Shown: in pieces, positions 9,561 to 20,213 of the stretch
How the letters are laid out: each line of letters opens with the position of its first letter
How positions within the stretch are numbered: position 1 is the first letter of the stretch
Source of the DNA: Lentimicrobium sp.
GTDB taxonomy: Bacteria > Bacteroidota > Bacteroidia > Bacteroidales > Lentimicrobiaceae
Direction of reading: 5' to 3'
NCBI GenBank assembly: GCA_034007585.1
Contig: JAVEQP010000001.1
Location: forward strand, 5,031 to 69,030
DNA: 64,000 nt
Made by a program: the position numbers and the translations under genes
Notes under the pieces: model-generated
Told to the model about the DNA's origin: nothing
Databases searched by the model: none
Seen by the model: the letters and a program-made list of their open reading frames with translations, nothing else

Positions 9561-10139
9561 CTAATGCTTCATCAGCCACTTTGCCAGTAGCTTAACAGCC
9601 CTGCCACGGTGGCTGATTTCGTTTTTAAGGGAGGCTGACATCTCTGCAAAAGTTTGGGTATAGCCTTTCGGCATAAATATGGGATCGTAGCCAAACCCTG
9701 CTGTCCCTCTTCTCTCCTGAATAATCTGCCCTTCCACAATTCCTTCGAATAATTTTTCCTCATTGCCTATAATCAATGCAATAACCGTTTTAAATCGGGC
9801 ATCACGATTGGTAATTCCCTGCAGTTCGGTAAGCATTTTGGTAACATTATCGTCATAACTGCATCCTTCACCGGCATATCTGGCTGAATATACACCTGGT
9901 GCACCTTGCAAGGATACTACTTCAAGTCCGGTGTCATCCGCAAAACAATTCATTCCGAGGGCCTGCTTAATAAACTGTGCTTTTTGCAGGGCATTGCTTT
10001 CAATGGTAGGTGAAGTTTCCGGAATATCACCTTCAAAGCCAGCCTCTGCTAAGGATAATACCTGATAATGACCGCTAAGTATCTGCCTGACTTCTTCAAG
10101 TTTGTGGGTATTGTTGGTGGCAAAGAGTAATTTTTTCAT
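9561..10139 (-). CDS. rdgB: Non-canonical purine NTP pyrophosphatase (RdgB/HAM1)
   Basis: FATNNTHK, ADDTGL, PGVYSARY, GFGYDPIF and SHRG motifs. Confidence 0.95.
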   Translation of the reverse strand: MKKLLFATNNTHKLEEVRQILSGHYQVLSLAEAGFEGDIPETSPTIESNALQKAQFIKQALGMNCFADDTGLEVVSLQGAPGVYSARYAGEGCSYDDNVTKMLTELQGITNRDARFKTVIALIIGNEEKLFEGIVEGQIIQERRGTAGFGYDPIFMPKGYTQTFAEMSASLKNEISHRGRAVKLLAKWLMKH

Positions 10140-10152
10140 GGATATGGTTTAA

Positions 10153-10626
10153 TCATGGATTATGATAAGGTTCATTACGGAGTATGGTAAACGCCCGGTA
10201 AAGTTGCTCTGCAAACACCGGCCTTACCAGTTGATGAGAAAAGGTCATGGGCGAAAGTGCAATTTTATGCTGGGCCAGTTGGTACATGTCATTTGAAAAG
10301 CCATAGGCGCCTCCCACCACAAAAACCAGGTGCTTTACGCCGGAATTCATCTGCCTTTGTAACCAGTCAGCAAATTGCTCCGAAGTGAAGCTGCTTCCTT
10401 TTTCATCCAGTAAACAAAGCTGATCGCCCGGCTGAATGTGTTTCATGAGCCACTTGCCCTCTATTTCGCGGAGCTGCATGGCATCAGTGGGACGATTATT
10501 TTTGGGAAGAACCACTTCTGAATAATCAAACCGGATATAATGCTTCAGTCTTTTCTCATAGGATGCGAAACCCTGTTGTGTCCATGCTTCAGCAGTCCTT
10601 CCCACGACCAATAAGGTTATTTTCAT
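10153..10626 (-). CDS. rlmH: 23S rRNA pseudouridine-1915 N3-methyltransferase
   Basis: LDEKG...S, FVVGGAYG, SPMTFSHQLVR and EQLYRA...EPYH motifs; start at ATG 10626. Confidence 0.95.
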   Translation of the reverse strand: MKITLLVVGRTAEAWTQQGFASYEKRLKHYIRFDYSEVVLPKNNRPTDAMQLREIEGKWLMKHIQPGDQLCLLDEKGSSFTSEQFADWLQRQMNSGVKHLVFVVGGAYGFSNDMYQLAQHKIALSPMTFSHQLVRPVFAEQLYRAFTILRNEPYHNP

Positions 10627-10779
10627 GCGACCGTTTTTGCAAAAGTACCTATTTTTGTCACGGTTTAAGATCACAATCATAGCTTAACGTGTTCTGCTTT
10701 TGATATTTTGCCTATATTTGGTTCGGTTTTTGATAAATTTTAATAATAATGACATTTATTTTACTTAAAAATTATATTC

Positions 10780-11193
10780 ATGAAAATACCTGAGTTTCGG
10801 AAAGTTACAGTTTTTATCTTGTTGGCATTTGCCTTCGGTAGCCTGGATGTTTCCGCGCAAACGCTCAATAATAAGATAGCTACAGCTATTCGCACGGCAA
10901 ATTCAAAAGAGTTGAGTGTTTTTTTTAATAACACCCTCGATATTGCCTTACCGGGCAATGAAGGCACTTTCAGCAAGGCACAAGCTGAAATGGTTATGCG
11001 GGATTTTTTTATCAAAAATCCTCCGGTTACGTTTACGCTCAATCGCGAAGGCCGATCTAAAGATGGCTCCGAATTTGGAATAGGAACCTATAAATGTGCC
11101 CGTCATGAATACCGGACTTCTTTCCTGCTCAAACCAGTTCAGGGAAACCTGCTGATTCATCAGCTTAAGTTTGGAGGAGACGATGACGAATAA
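10780..11193 (+). CDS. DUF4783-like exported protein
   Basis: Signal peptide, then SKAQAEMVMRDFF...F...R.G pattern typical of this Bacteroidota family; TATATTTG box at ~10713. Confidence 0.65.
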   Translation: MKIPEFRKVTVFILLAFAFGSLDVSAQTLNNKIATAIRTANSKELSVFFNNTLDIALPGNEGTFSKAQAEMVMRDFFIKNPPVTFTLNREGRSKDGSEFGIGTYKCARHEYRTSFLLKPVQGNLLIHQLKFGGDDDE

Positions 11194-12043
11194 ATCATTT
11201 GGGGAAGCACTTACCCTTGATCAAATTATTGAACTGGCGCTTGCCGAGGACATTGGAGCGGGCGATTATACTTCCCTTTCAACCATCCCTGCACAAGCTA
11301 AGGGAAAAGCAAGGTTGTTGGTTAAGGAAGCAGGGGTGCTGTCAGGTATCGAAGTGGCTGCAAAAGTATTTGAGCACGTTGATCCCGCTATTAAATTCCA
11401 TCCTCAGCTTAAAGATGGGGATAAGATTAAGCCCGGAGATGTTGCTTTTACGGTTGAAGGGCCTTCTGCTTCCTTGTTACAAGCCGAAAGACTTGCGCTG
11501 AATTTTATGCAACTCATGAGTGGGATAGCCACCTATACTGCACAATATGTGGATGCCTTAAAGGGACTAAAAACTAAAGTGATAGATACCCGAAAAACTA
11601 CGCCCTTACTTCGTGCGCTTGAAAAACTGGCCGTTATTCACGGTGGTGGCGCCAACCACCGTAAGGGGCTTTACGACATGATACTCATTAAAGACAATCA
11701 TGTTGATTTTGCCGGCGGAATCAGGCAAGCCATTGAAGGGGCAAATTCTTATTTAAAAGATCATGCTTTATCCCTTCCCATAGAAATTGAAGTACGCAAT
11801 CCCAATGAGCTTGAACAGGTTTTGTCGGTGGGCAGCGTTACCCGAATAATGCTGGATAATTTTTCTCCGGCTGATTTAAAATTGGCTGTTAATCGTATAG
11901 GCGGACAATTCGAAACGGAAGCTTCCGGAGGTATAACCCTCGGCACCATTAGAAGTTATGCTGAAACAGGTGTTGATTTTATTTCAGTAGGGGCGCTCAC
12001 CCACCAGATCAAGAGCATAGACTTAAGTCTCAAAGCCTTTTAA
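11183..12043 (+). CDS. nadC: Quinolinate phosphoribosyltransferase
   Basis: DTRKTTP, NHRKGLYD, LIKDNH, IMLDNF, EASGGIT and SVGALTH motifs. Confidence 0.96.
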   Translation: MTNKSFGEALTLDQIIELALAEDIGAGDYTSLSTIPAQAKGKARLLVKEAGVLSGIEVAAKVFEHVDPAIKFHPQLKDGDKIKPGDVAFTVEGPSASLLQAERLALNFMQLMSGIATYTAQYVDALKGLKTKVIDTRKTTPLLRALEKLAVIHGGGANHRKGLYDMILIKDNHVDFAGGIRQAIEGANSYLKDHALSLPIEIEVRNPNELEQVLSVGSVTRIMLDNFSPADLKLAVNRIGGQFETEASGGITLGTIRSYAETGVDFISVGALTHQIKSIDLSLKAF

Positions 12044-12047
12044 AGGC

Positions 12048-13046
12048 ATGTCAATGAAAAAACTTTTCGAACGCATAACGTTATTTTTTCAAAGTCTGCA
12101 CAGTCGCTTTCTGGGCCTGAGATCAGTTCGTAAGTTTATCATCTACTCCAAACGATTAGTACTGCCGGGATTTGATGGGGTTCCGATTTTTGATGTGGCT
12201 GCCTTTTTTTTGAAAGGTATTCAGAAGGGTTCCATTACAAACCGGGCGGCCGCTTTCTCTTTTAATCTGTTCCTCGCCATTTTTCCGGCCATCCTTTTTT
12301 TCTTCTCTCTCATTCCGTATATTCCGGTACATAACTTTCAGGACAGCCTGCTTGATTTGATTCAGGGGTTTATTCCTCAGCAAGCCTATGATGCGGTTGA
12401 GGGAACTTTGTTTGATATTGTTAAAAGGCCCAGGGGAAGCTTGTTGTCTTTCGGATTTATTTTTGCGATGTATTTTGCCACCAACAGTATTGACAGCTTG
12501 ATTGAAGCGTTTAACAAATCTTTTCATACGGTGGAAACCCGTTCTGCCTTCAAGCAACGCCTCATCTCTATTTTTCTCGTGTTTTTGCTCTCCCTGCTCG
12601 TAATCGTGGCCATTATATTGATAACCGTCGGGCCATTTATCCTTAATTGGCTTGAGGCGCAGGGCGTGATTAACGACACCTTCTTAATTTACACCATAAA
12701 TGCCTCTAAGTGGTTGATAACCCTTGCTTTGCTGTTTTTTGCTTTCTCGTTTTTGTTTTATCTTGCTCCAGTACGAAAGCAGCGATTCCAGTTCATCTCT
12801 GCCGGTTCAACAGTTACCACCCTGTTGTTTATTCTTACCTCGGTAGGATTCAATTTCTATGTAAACAATTTCTCCCGGTACAACTCATTGTATGGATCAA
12901 TCGGAGCCCTGATCATTTTTATGCTGTGGATTTATATAAATGCCATCGTTATACTGCTTGGTTTTGAATTGAATGTAAGCATAGCCGCAGCCGGAAAAAA
13001 TGTTCCCGAAGCCCTCAAAAGACGAAATAAACACAACGGCTCCTGA
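12048..13046 (+). CDS. YihY/BrkB-family membrane protein
   Basis: AAAFSFNLFLAIFP and YNSLYGSIGALIIFMLWIY motifs; multiple TM helices. Confidence 0.9.
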   Translation: MSMKKLFERITLFFQSLHSRFLGLRSVRKFIIYSKRLVLPGFDGVPIFDVAAFFLKGIQKGSITNRAAAFSFNLFLAIFPAILFFFSLIPYIPVHNFQDSLLDLIQGFIPQQAYDAVEGTLFDIVKRPRGSLLSFGFIFAMYFATNSIDSLIEAFNKSFHTVETRSAFKQRLISIFLVFLLSLLVIVAIILITVGPFILNWLEAQGVINDTFLIYTINASKWLITLALLFFAFSFLFYLAPVRKQRFQFISAGSTVTTLLFILTSVGFNFYVNNFSRYNSLYGSIGALIIFMLWIYINAIVILLGFELNVSIAAAGKNVPEALKRRNKHNGS

Positions 13047-13111
13047 GGTGAGGAGGCTTTTTAGGCCATAAATCCGTTAAGTCTCCTTATTTTTACAGTG
13101 AAAATCATCGC

Positions 13112-14569
13112 ATGAAAGCCGAAAACATTAAGGAACATCTTAAACTCTCCTTTATTTATACGGCGGCTGCTGCCTTTACTCCGCTCTTACAGGTACTCAT
13201 TCAGCCTGTGTATGAAGGCAATAACCGGCTGAATGCCATTGACTTTTCGCACCTTGCCATTACCGAGCTGGTCACCTCCCTGGTATTTGCACTCGCCCTT
13301 TACGGAATGGGGAATGCCATTGCCCGCTTTTATTACGACCACAATCCGCAAAGTGCAACCTACAGGAAAATGGTTTCGAGTGTATTTACCTCTATTCTTT
13401 TCCGCGGTTTAATAATAGGCCTTCTTGCATGGGTTTTTCGCGGTGCCATTGGGTCACTTTTCAAACAGGCTGTCCTTCAGGATTTCTCAACCTATGGAAC
13501 GGCCTGCGTGGTTGCGGGGGTTGGACGTGCCATCAATATTACTGCTGCCGCGCTGTTCCGCAATGAAAAGAAAGTGCTCTCCTTTGTGTTGGTAAGTATG
13601 GGATTGGGTTTCTTTAGGGTTGGATTTCAACTTATTGGCTTGTTCTTTTTTAATATGTCTTTCATTGGATATGTTTATGGCAGTGCTTTGGGAGCTGCTT
13701 TGGTTTCACTGATTATCCTCATCGTAATATTTAGAAAAACAGGCATTCATTATGACCGGGCACAAATGCGTGAAATCAATCGCTTCGCCCGTCCGCTAAT
13801 GCAATACAGCATAATAGTATGGGTGTTGAGTTTTGCAGACCGATTTATCATGGAGGGTTTCCCAACTCAACTGGGAATTTACAATACGGCCGTAACTTTC
13901 GCCGCCGGCATTACCTTGGTGCTGCAAGGACTTCAGGGTGCCAATCAGCCGGAAGTGTTCAGGGTGATGAAGGAGGGTATCTCCGAAAACCAGGCAGCCA
14001 TCAGACAATATTGTAATATCCTGCTTATGCAAAGCATGTTTATCATCTTTATAGCTATATTGCCGATGATGCTTTATCTTGACCTATTTTATGAAACAGC
14101 CGTAAAACAGGCAGCAGGGCTTATTCCGCTTATTATGATGCGGGGGATTTTGAGGACCCAGTTCATCGTATTTTCCTATCCGGCTTACTTCCTGAAGAAA
14201 ACACGCATCTTTTTGTATCTCAATGTAATGGCCGTAATTATAAACCTGGCATTAAACTACCTGCTTATTCCCACCTATTTTTTCTACGGAGCCATTGCTG
14301 CCGGATTAGTAGCCGATCTATTGATGGCAGCAGGTATCTATGTCTATCAGAAAAAAATCGTGGATATTCACTGGAACCGATTAAAAACGATGATTTATCC
14401 GCTGGCCACGATTATTTTTACCATTATCATTGAAATATTCAGGATTCAGTTGGGCTGGAGCTATTTTATCTCAGGAGCAATTGTAGTTACCGCAGCCATG
14501 GGAGCCATGATTGGATTATATAAAAATGAACTACTGACTTTTATCCGACGCCGATGGAAGCCGTTCTGA
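13112..14569 (+). CDS. Oligosaccharide/polysaccharide flippase (Wzx-like)
   Basis: About 12-14 TM helices, DRFI...LGIY..A motif, adjacent to sugar biosynthesis genes. Confidence 0.8.
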   Translation: MKAENIKEHLKLSFIYTAAAAFTPLLQVLIQPVYEGNNRLNAIDFSHLAITELVTSLVFALALYGMGNAIARFYYDHNPQSATYRKMVSSVFTSILFRGLIIGLLAWVFRGAIGSLFKQAVLQDFSTYGTACVVAGVGRAINITAAALFRNEKKVLSFVLVSMGLGFFRVGFQLIGLFFFNMSFIGYVYGSALGAALVSLIILIVIFRKTGIHYDRAQMREINRFARPLMQYSIIVWVLSFADRFIMEGFPTQLGIYNTAVTFAAGITLVLQGLQGANQPEVFRVMKEGISENQAAIRQYCNILLMQSMFIIFIAILPMMLYLDLFYETAVKQAAGLIPLIMMRGILRTQFIVFSYPAYFLKKTRIFLYLNVMAVIINLALNYLLIPTYFFYGAIAAGLVADLLMAAGIYVYQKKIVDIHWNRLKTMIYPLATIIFTIIIEIFRIQLGWSYFISGAIVVTAAMGAMIGLYKNELLTFIRRRWKPF

Positions 14570-16383
14570 TTTTTCGCCAGCCCGATGCTGAAGAGTGGAA
14601 AGCAATAGCTGAATCCACCAGAAAAGGTGAGGTTGATGTGGTATTGGCTCCGGGAATTGTTGCTCCTGATGACTTCCGGACAACGCCGCTTTCAGCCGAA
14701 TTAATTTCCCGCGCCTCAAGTCAGTTACTTAAAGAACTGCTCCGTTTTGGTGATCGGAATATTGAGGGCAGAGCGGTGAGCGAAAGACTTAGTTTCGGCA
14801 AACTCAGGCTCTGGCATTATCAGCGTTTCCGTATTTTCTTTAGCCTGAAAACGGAATACCTGATATTCACCGCTGCAGAACATTATCAGGGAAAGTATGA
14901 TAGAATTACACTGTTTGTAAATAAACAGCCCACAAACCTTCCGGAAAGTATTAACTATATTACAAAGAAGGGGAGGAGCCGCGATCCACTCAATCTGTTT
15001 GCCTGGATAAAGTATATGTTTTATTTTGGTATTAAATTGCTGAAATCCGGCCTGATAAATCCTCGTCCCGAAAAGAAAAAGCATGCCATTGTGGATCGTT
15101 CCTTAAAGCAATGGTGCCGTCATGCGGAAACACTTCAGTTAAAGCGGGATAATTATACTTTGGGCAATTTATTGGACCAAGCAGGGGATGATTTCCTGAT
15201 TATTTCGGAAGCAGAGCAGCCCAAATTCAGGGGGAAAACTGACTTTCCGCTTCCCGGCAGGCTTTTTGGTCCGGCTCAACGACGCAAACAAACCATAAAC
15301 GGAGAATGCATATTGCTTAAAGGCTGGCTTTCGCCGAAAGTGCGTACTCAGATTAAGGTCTGGAAGAATCAATGGACGAATGAATTAAAACTCATTGAAA
15401 ATGAGCAGCTTTCGCCTGTCGAAAATATGTTTCTCGGGGCATTAAAAGCTTTATCCCCGGGCAATAATTTCTTTATGCTGAAGTACCTTTCTTTTCAGCG
15501 GTTTTTCAACAAGTATCCCATGCTGACCGTTTCAGCCATTGACGAGAATAGTCCCGCAACGCGATGCATTTTAGATGCCGCTGCTGCTGAAGGCAGTAAA
15601 CGCATTGGCATTCAGCATGGTAACATTGGAAATGCCCAGCCGGCCTATCTTTACACACCTTTAGACCGGGAGGCGGGCGTTATGGCTGATCATACGCTGG
15701 TGTGGGGACCGTATTGGCGCAACTTCTTAATTGAAACAGGCAACTTTCTACCCGAAGGCATTCGCATCACCGGTCAGTTGCGTACGGATGTGATTCCTGC
15801 TATGCTGTCACAGGTGGAAAGCCTGAAGCGGCATTACGCCATCTCCGGGAAAGTGGCGCTGTTTGCCTCTCAGCCCATTCCCGATCCGGCACAACGCCGG
15901 CAGGCTGCCCTTGATGTGTTTACTGCATTTAAGCAGCTCGAACGGGTTGAACTATTTGTAAAACTCCATCCTGCAGAGCACAACGATGTAAATTATTATC
16001 GCGCGCTGGCCGAAAAGGCAGGATTGACAAAATTCAGGCTGTTCTCCGGAGATGATCTTTACAGTTTGCTTTGTGTCAGCGACCTGGTAATCACTTGTTA
16101 TTCCACCGTTGGGACGGAAGCCATCTACTTTAATAAACCGCTCATCATTCTCGATCCTCAGCGAGAGGACCTGCTTGGCTATCATAAGGCCGGAGTGGCG
16201 GGACAAGCTGTCAATGCCTTAATGTTGGAAGAGCTCTCAAAAAAAGTGTTATCCGGAGAATTTTGTATTGATGAGGAGGCTTACCATAAGTTTATTGAAA
16301 ACTATGCTTACCGTATTGATGGACAGGTGACTAAGCGTACCCTGCAAGCTATTTATGCGGCAGGAAGTGATATTCCTCATTGA
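14554..16383 (+). CDS. GT-B fold transferase, candidate nonulosonic-acid (sialyl-type) transferase
   Basis: IQHG, VKLHPAE and ITCYSTVGTEAIYFNKP motifs; converges on the neu cluster. Confidence 0.6.
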   Translation: MEAVLIFRQPDAEEWKAIAESTRKGEVDVVLAPGIVAPDDFRTTPLSAELISRASSQLLKELLRFGDRNIEGRAVSERLSFGKLRLWHYQRFRIFFSLKTEYLIFTAAEHYQGKYDRITLFVNKQPTNLPESINYITKKGRSRDPLNLFAWIKYMFYFGIKLLKSGLINPRPEKKKHAIVDRSLKQWCRHAETLQLKRDNYTLGNLLDQAGDDFLIISEAEQPKFRGKTDFPLPGRLFGPAQRRKQTINGECILLKGWLSPKVRTQIKVWKNQWTNELKLIENEQLSPVENMFLGALKALSPGNNFFMLKYLSFQRFFNKYPMLTVSAIDENSPATRCILDAAAAEGSKRIGIQHGNIGNAQPAYLYTPLDREAGVMADHTLVWGPYWRNFLIETGNFLPEGIRITGQLRTDVIPAMLSQVESLKRHYAISGKVALFASQPIPDPAQRRQAALDVFTAFKQLERVELFVKLHPAEHNDVNYYRALAEKAGLTKFRLFSGDDLYSLLCVSDLVITCYSTVGTEAIYFNKPLIILDPQREDLLGYHKAGVAGQAVNALMLEELSKKVLSGEFCIDEEAYHKFIENYAYRIDGQVTKRTLQAIYAAGSDIPH

Positions 16384-17050
16384 TCAGCATAGCCAGTTTC
16401 CAGTCCAGTGCTGTGTCAAGGTCCAGGGAAGCCAGAGAAGTCATTACAGATTTGATGATTTTGTCAAATCCCGCCATGCCTTTTGAGCGCAGCGCAGCTA
16501 CATTTATTACATAAACAGCACCATTGAGCTGCCACACCTTCGGGCACTCCTGACGCGTGACAAACTTTCCTTTTTTAGATTTCTCCAGAAAGCCCTGATT
16601 GTTCTCCTCAAACAATACATAATAGGGATTGGCTTCCGTTTCCTTCACACTGGCAACCATATCTACCGCCGAATTATATAATTTCAGTGCATTGGTTACA
16701 TCGGTTGCCGTCCTGAAGGGGGAAGTTGGCTGAAGCAAAACCAGCGTATCATATTTTCTGCCCTGTGCTGCATAAAAATCCAGGGTATGTATCAGGACTT
16801 CCTCCATAGACGATTGATCGGTTGCCAGGTCATCCGGCCGGATGAAAGGTGCTACATAGTCCCATTCTTTCACAGCCTCGATAAGTGCTTCGTCATCGGT
16901 GGAAAGACAAATATTTACATCCTGAGTGAGTTTCCGCGCCACATCAATGCTGTGCATGGCCAGCGGTTTGCCGGCAATGATCCTGAGGTTTTTCCCCGGT
17001 ATGCCTTTTGATCCTTTGCGGGCCGGGATTAAATATAAGATCTGGTTCAA
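16349..17050 (-). CDS. neuA: CMP-nonulosonic acid synthetase (acylneuraminate cytidylyltransferase)
   Basis: IPARKGSKGIPGKN, LLQPTSPFR, RQ and NGAVY motifs. Confidence 0.93.
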   Translation of the reverse strand: MNQILYLIPARKGSKGIPGKNLRIIAGKPLAMHSIDVARKLTQDVNICLSTDDEALIEAVKEWDYVAPFIRPDDLATDQSSMEEVLIHTLDFYAAQGRKYDTLVLLQPTSPFRTATDVTNALKLYNSAVDMVASVKETEANPYYVLFEENNQGFLEKSKKGKFVTRQECPKVWQLNGAVYVINVAALRSKGMAGFDKIIKSVMTSLASLDLDTALDWKLAMLINEEYHFLPHK

Positions 17051-18099
17051 AATTTAAGGTGTTTGATTTCTTCCTGGGCTTTGTCAAAATCCTCTTTGCG
17101 GCCAATATCCATCCAAACTCCATGTATGGGATATTGAATCAGCTTTTCTCCTCTGTCCAGTAAATTATCCATCAGATCAGTAGTGTGATATGCCTGACCG
17201 GGTTCAATGCGTGAAATCAGTTCAGGCTTAAGCAGGTATATGCCACCATTGGTATAGTAAGTGTACTGTGGTTTCTCCTGAAAGGAAATTACCCGGCTTT
17301 GACTGGTTTCAAGCACTGCAAAGGGCATATTTACTTTATAAGGTACCGAAGCCACCGACATATCTGCCTGCTGTCCGATGAAATCGCGATAAAAGTCCTC
17401 CACATCTAAATTCGTCAATATATCCGCATTCATCACCAACACTGTGGGAAAGGTGAAATGCTCAATCAGCCGGGTGGCGCCGAGAGTTCCAAGTGGCGCT
17501 TTTTCATTGAGATAGGAAATAGTTATTCCCCGTTCGCTTCCATCATTAAAGTAATTTCTGATCATCTCTCCTTTATAGTTCAGGGCAATGTGAAACCTGG
17601 TGATGCCAAAAGACTTTAAGTGGTCAATAGTATGCGCTATGATTGGTTTATCTCCCACTTTGAGCAGTGGTTTTGGTGTGTTGTCGGTGAGCGGACGAAG
17701 CCGTTCCCCGCGCCCGCCGGCCATGAGCACTACTTCAATCGGCAGTAGCGAACGCAGCCTGCTTAGGTCAGCTAAACGCACGATTTTACGGTTTTCATCC
17801 AGTATGGGAACCAGTTTTATACGCCTTTCGCGGATACTGTCCACTTCAGCCAAAGTAAATGACGATTCCTTCAGGTAGGAAAATGAATGGAACATAAATT
17901 TTCCTACCGCATCTTCCAGGGTAAATCCTTTCAGCAGCCCTCTTCTTACATCGCCGTCCGTAAGCGTCCCTAATATCTGACCTTCACTGTTCTTTACGAA
18001 AAGGGTAAGACTGTCGGGTACAAGGTTCAATTTCTCCAGCGCCATGCGTAAAGGTATGTCATCGTTCACCAGATGTTTATCCATTTCCAATACACTCAT
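17047..18099 (-). CDS. CBS-domain sugar-phosphate nucleotidyltransferase (PtmE-like)
   Basis: N-terminal CBS pair (GTLTDGDVRR), then MAGGRGERLRPLT..PKPLL, PLGTLGA and WMDIGR. Confidence 0.85.
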   Translation of the reverse strand: MSVLEMDKHLVNDDIPLRMALEKLNLVPDSLTLFVKNSEGQILGTLTDGDVRRGLLKGFTLEDAVGKFMFHSFSYLKESSFTLAEVDSIRERRIKLVPILDENRKIVRLADLSRLRSLLPIEVVLMAGGRGERLRPLTDNTPKPLLKVGDKPIIAHTIDHLKSFGITRFHIALNYKGEMIRNYFNDGSERGITISYLNEKAPLGTLGATRLIEHFTFPTVLVMNADILTNLDVEDFYRDFIGQQADMSVASVPYKVNMPFAVLETSQSRVISFQEKPQYTYYTNGGIYLLKPELISRIEPGQAYHTTDLMDNLLDRGEKLIQYPIHGVWMDIGRKEDFDKAQEEIKHLKF

Positions 18100-19204
18100 T
18101 CTTTATAATTTTAATAATTTCTTCAGCAGCATTGCCTTGTCCGTAAATTGGACCCACATTTGGAACAGGTGTTGAGGCTGTGCTTTCCACTGCTTTTATG
18201 ATCTTAGCTGCATCAAAAGGCACATCAACAATATTGGGTGTGCGAAGCCGGCCTCCCTGACGGTTGCCAATGTTAATGACCCATTTAGGGAAATAGGCAG
18301 CTTCTGCAAAACCGCTGGAACTGTTGCCCACTATGGCTTGCGCATGTTTCATGGCGGAAAGATAGTTTAAAGCACCCATATTCTCAAACACAAAAACACT
18401 TGCGTTATTTTCAGCATATTTTAATAATTGTTCCCGAATGATGGCTGACGAAGTATCGGTGTTGGGCAGGGTAATTACCTGTTGATATTTCTGTAATTTC
18501 TTTAATGCCTCAATAAGAACCGCCACATGATTTTCATTGTGTTCAAAATGAATGGTTTCCGGATGCAGGGTGACTAGCAGTGTGGGTTGACTGAAATCTA
18601 TACCGGTTTGCGCTTTTAGTGAGGGAATATCAGATAATTGCATTGAACTGAGGTTGTCAATACTCAGCGCACCGGTATTATAGACGCCTTTTTCCGATCC
18701 AAGCATCCGGATTACATTGTTTCTATAGGCTTCAGTGACGGTAAAGTGCAGTTGCGCCATATGGGTGATGGAATGTCGCAGCGCATCATCAATGGCTCCA
18801 TGAGTAACTTCTCCACCGTGAACGTGGGCAATTTTCAGGTTGAAGGGTAGGGTAGAGGCTACGGCCGCGAACATCTCAAAGCGATCGCCCAATGCGATAA
18901 TCAAATCATACTGCGTGGTTTCCCAGATTCTCGTCATTTCAACCATCACCTGAGCCATAGACCGAGAGATATCGGCGGGTTTATCGCCTTTTGGAGCGGT
19001 ATCTACCGCCACAGCAACTTTATAGCCTTCATCATAAATCTGCTGGAGGGTAAATCCGTTTTCCCTCGAAGGATGGCTGCCAAAAGCAATAATCTCAAGT
19101 TCGAAATCCCGGTCTGCCTTCAACTTTTTCAACAGCGGGAGGTAAATTCCGAAGTCAGCGCGTGAGCTGGTGAGCAGGGCTATTTTTAAAGGAGTTGTTC
19201 CCAC
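18077..19204 (-). CDS. neuC: Hydrolysing NDP-sugar 2-epimerase (NeuC/LegG)
   Basis: TSSRADFG, LGDRFE, HVHGGE, DDALRHSITH, GNSSSG and IGNRQGGR motifs. Confidence 0.92.
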   Translation of the reverse strand: MGTTPLKIALLTSSRADFGIYLPLLKKLKADRDFELEIIAFGSHPSRENGFTLQQIYDEGYKVAVAVDTAPKGDKPADISRSMAQVMVEMTRIWETTQYDLIIALGDRFEMFAAVASTLPFNLKIAHVHGGEVTHGAIDDALRHSITHMAQLHFTVTEAYRNNVIRMLGSEKGVYNTGALSIDNLSSMQLSDIPSLKAQTGIDFSQPTLLVTLHPETIHFEHNENHVAVLIEALKKLQKYQQVITLPNTDTSSAIIREQLLKYAENNASVFVFENMGALNYLSAMKHAQAIVGNSSSGFAEAAYFPKWVINIGNRQGGRLRTPNIVDVPFDAAKIIKAVESTASTPVPNVGPIYGQGNAAEEIIKIIKNECIGNG

Positions 19205-20208
19205 GTCAATAAGGTATCTTCGTTTAAATCCACGGCCACTTTGCGGCCAATCACTTCATGGATGCGCATTGGGCTGATGCCATGACCCGGTCGTTTCATC
19301 ACCAGGTCCGATTCAGTCAGCTCATGTCCGCGGCTCACTTTGTGGCCCAAATGTATGCTGCGGCGGGCAACCAGGATATTTTTCTGCTCCGCCCTACCCG
19401 GTACTTTTATACCATCTCCAAGTGCTAACTCCACCATACGAATGGCTTTGACCATTTCTGCCAGTTCATCCGGTTCCAGGGAGGCTTTGTGGTCAGGGCC
19501 GGGCAGGTTGCGGTCGAGGGTAAAATGCTTTTCAATAACGGCAGCACCCAGGGCCGAAGCGGCAATTGGAATCACAATGCCGGGCGTATGATCTGAATAT
19601 CCGATTTCCACGTTAAAGGCCTCACGGATGGTATGCATAACATTCAGGTTAACTTCATCGAAAGGAGCAGGGTATTCGGTGGTACATTGCAGCACTATTG
19701 TCTTCTCCATTGGTGTTCCGCTTTCGCGGAGAATATTCAGCGCAACCTCAATTTCATGAAGTGTGGCCATGCCGGTAGATAGCAATACCCTGCGACCCAG
19801 GGAACCAATAAGCTGCAGCATAGGCAGATTGGTTATTTCACCGGAAGGGATTTTATGATAATCAACCTCCAGACTGTCAATAAACAATATGCTTTCCTTA
19901 TCAAAGCCGGAGGATAAAAATCCTATATGTTTTCGCTTACAGTAGTCATTCAGTGTTCTGAAGTCATCAAAACCCAGTGCAAGCGCCTCCAGCATACTGT
20001 GCTGACTTTCATCGGGTTTACCCGTATTGGCAGATTGATAGGCTGCCTTGGCTGCTGAAGCGGAAACCAGTTTTGAAGCGTTAAAAGTCTGAAATTTAAT
20101 ATAGTCGGCACCTGATCTCGCGGCCTCATCTATGAGCTGAAGTGCCTGCTTAAGCTTTCCATCGTGGTTGACACCTGCTTCGGCGATAATGATAATTTTA
20201 TTTTTCAT
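19186..20208 (-). CDS. neuB: Nonulosonic acid synthase (NeuB/LegI) with SAF domain
   Basis: IAEAGVNHDG, KFQTF, KIPSGEITN, GYSDHT, EKHFTLD...GPDH and KRPGHG motifs. Confidence 0.95.
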   Translation of the reverse strand: MKNKIIIIAEAGVNHDGKLKQALQLIDEAARSGADYIKFQTFNASKLVSASAAKAAYQSANTGKPDESQHSMLEALALGFDDFRTLNDYCKRKHIGFLSSGFDKESILFIDSLEVDYHKIPSGEITNLPMLQLIGSLGRRVLLSTGMATLHEIEVALNILRESGTPMEKTIVLQCTTEYPAPFDEVNLNVMHTIREAFNVEIGYSDHTPGIVIPIAASALGAAVIEKHFTLDRNLPGPDHKASLEPDELAEMVKAIRMVELALGDGIKVPGRAEQKNILVARRSIHLGHKVSRGHELTESDLVMKRPGHGISPMRIHEVIGRKVAVDLNEDTLLTWEQLL

Positions 20209-20213
20209 TTTAG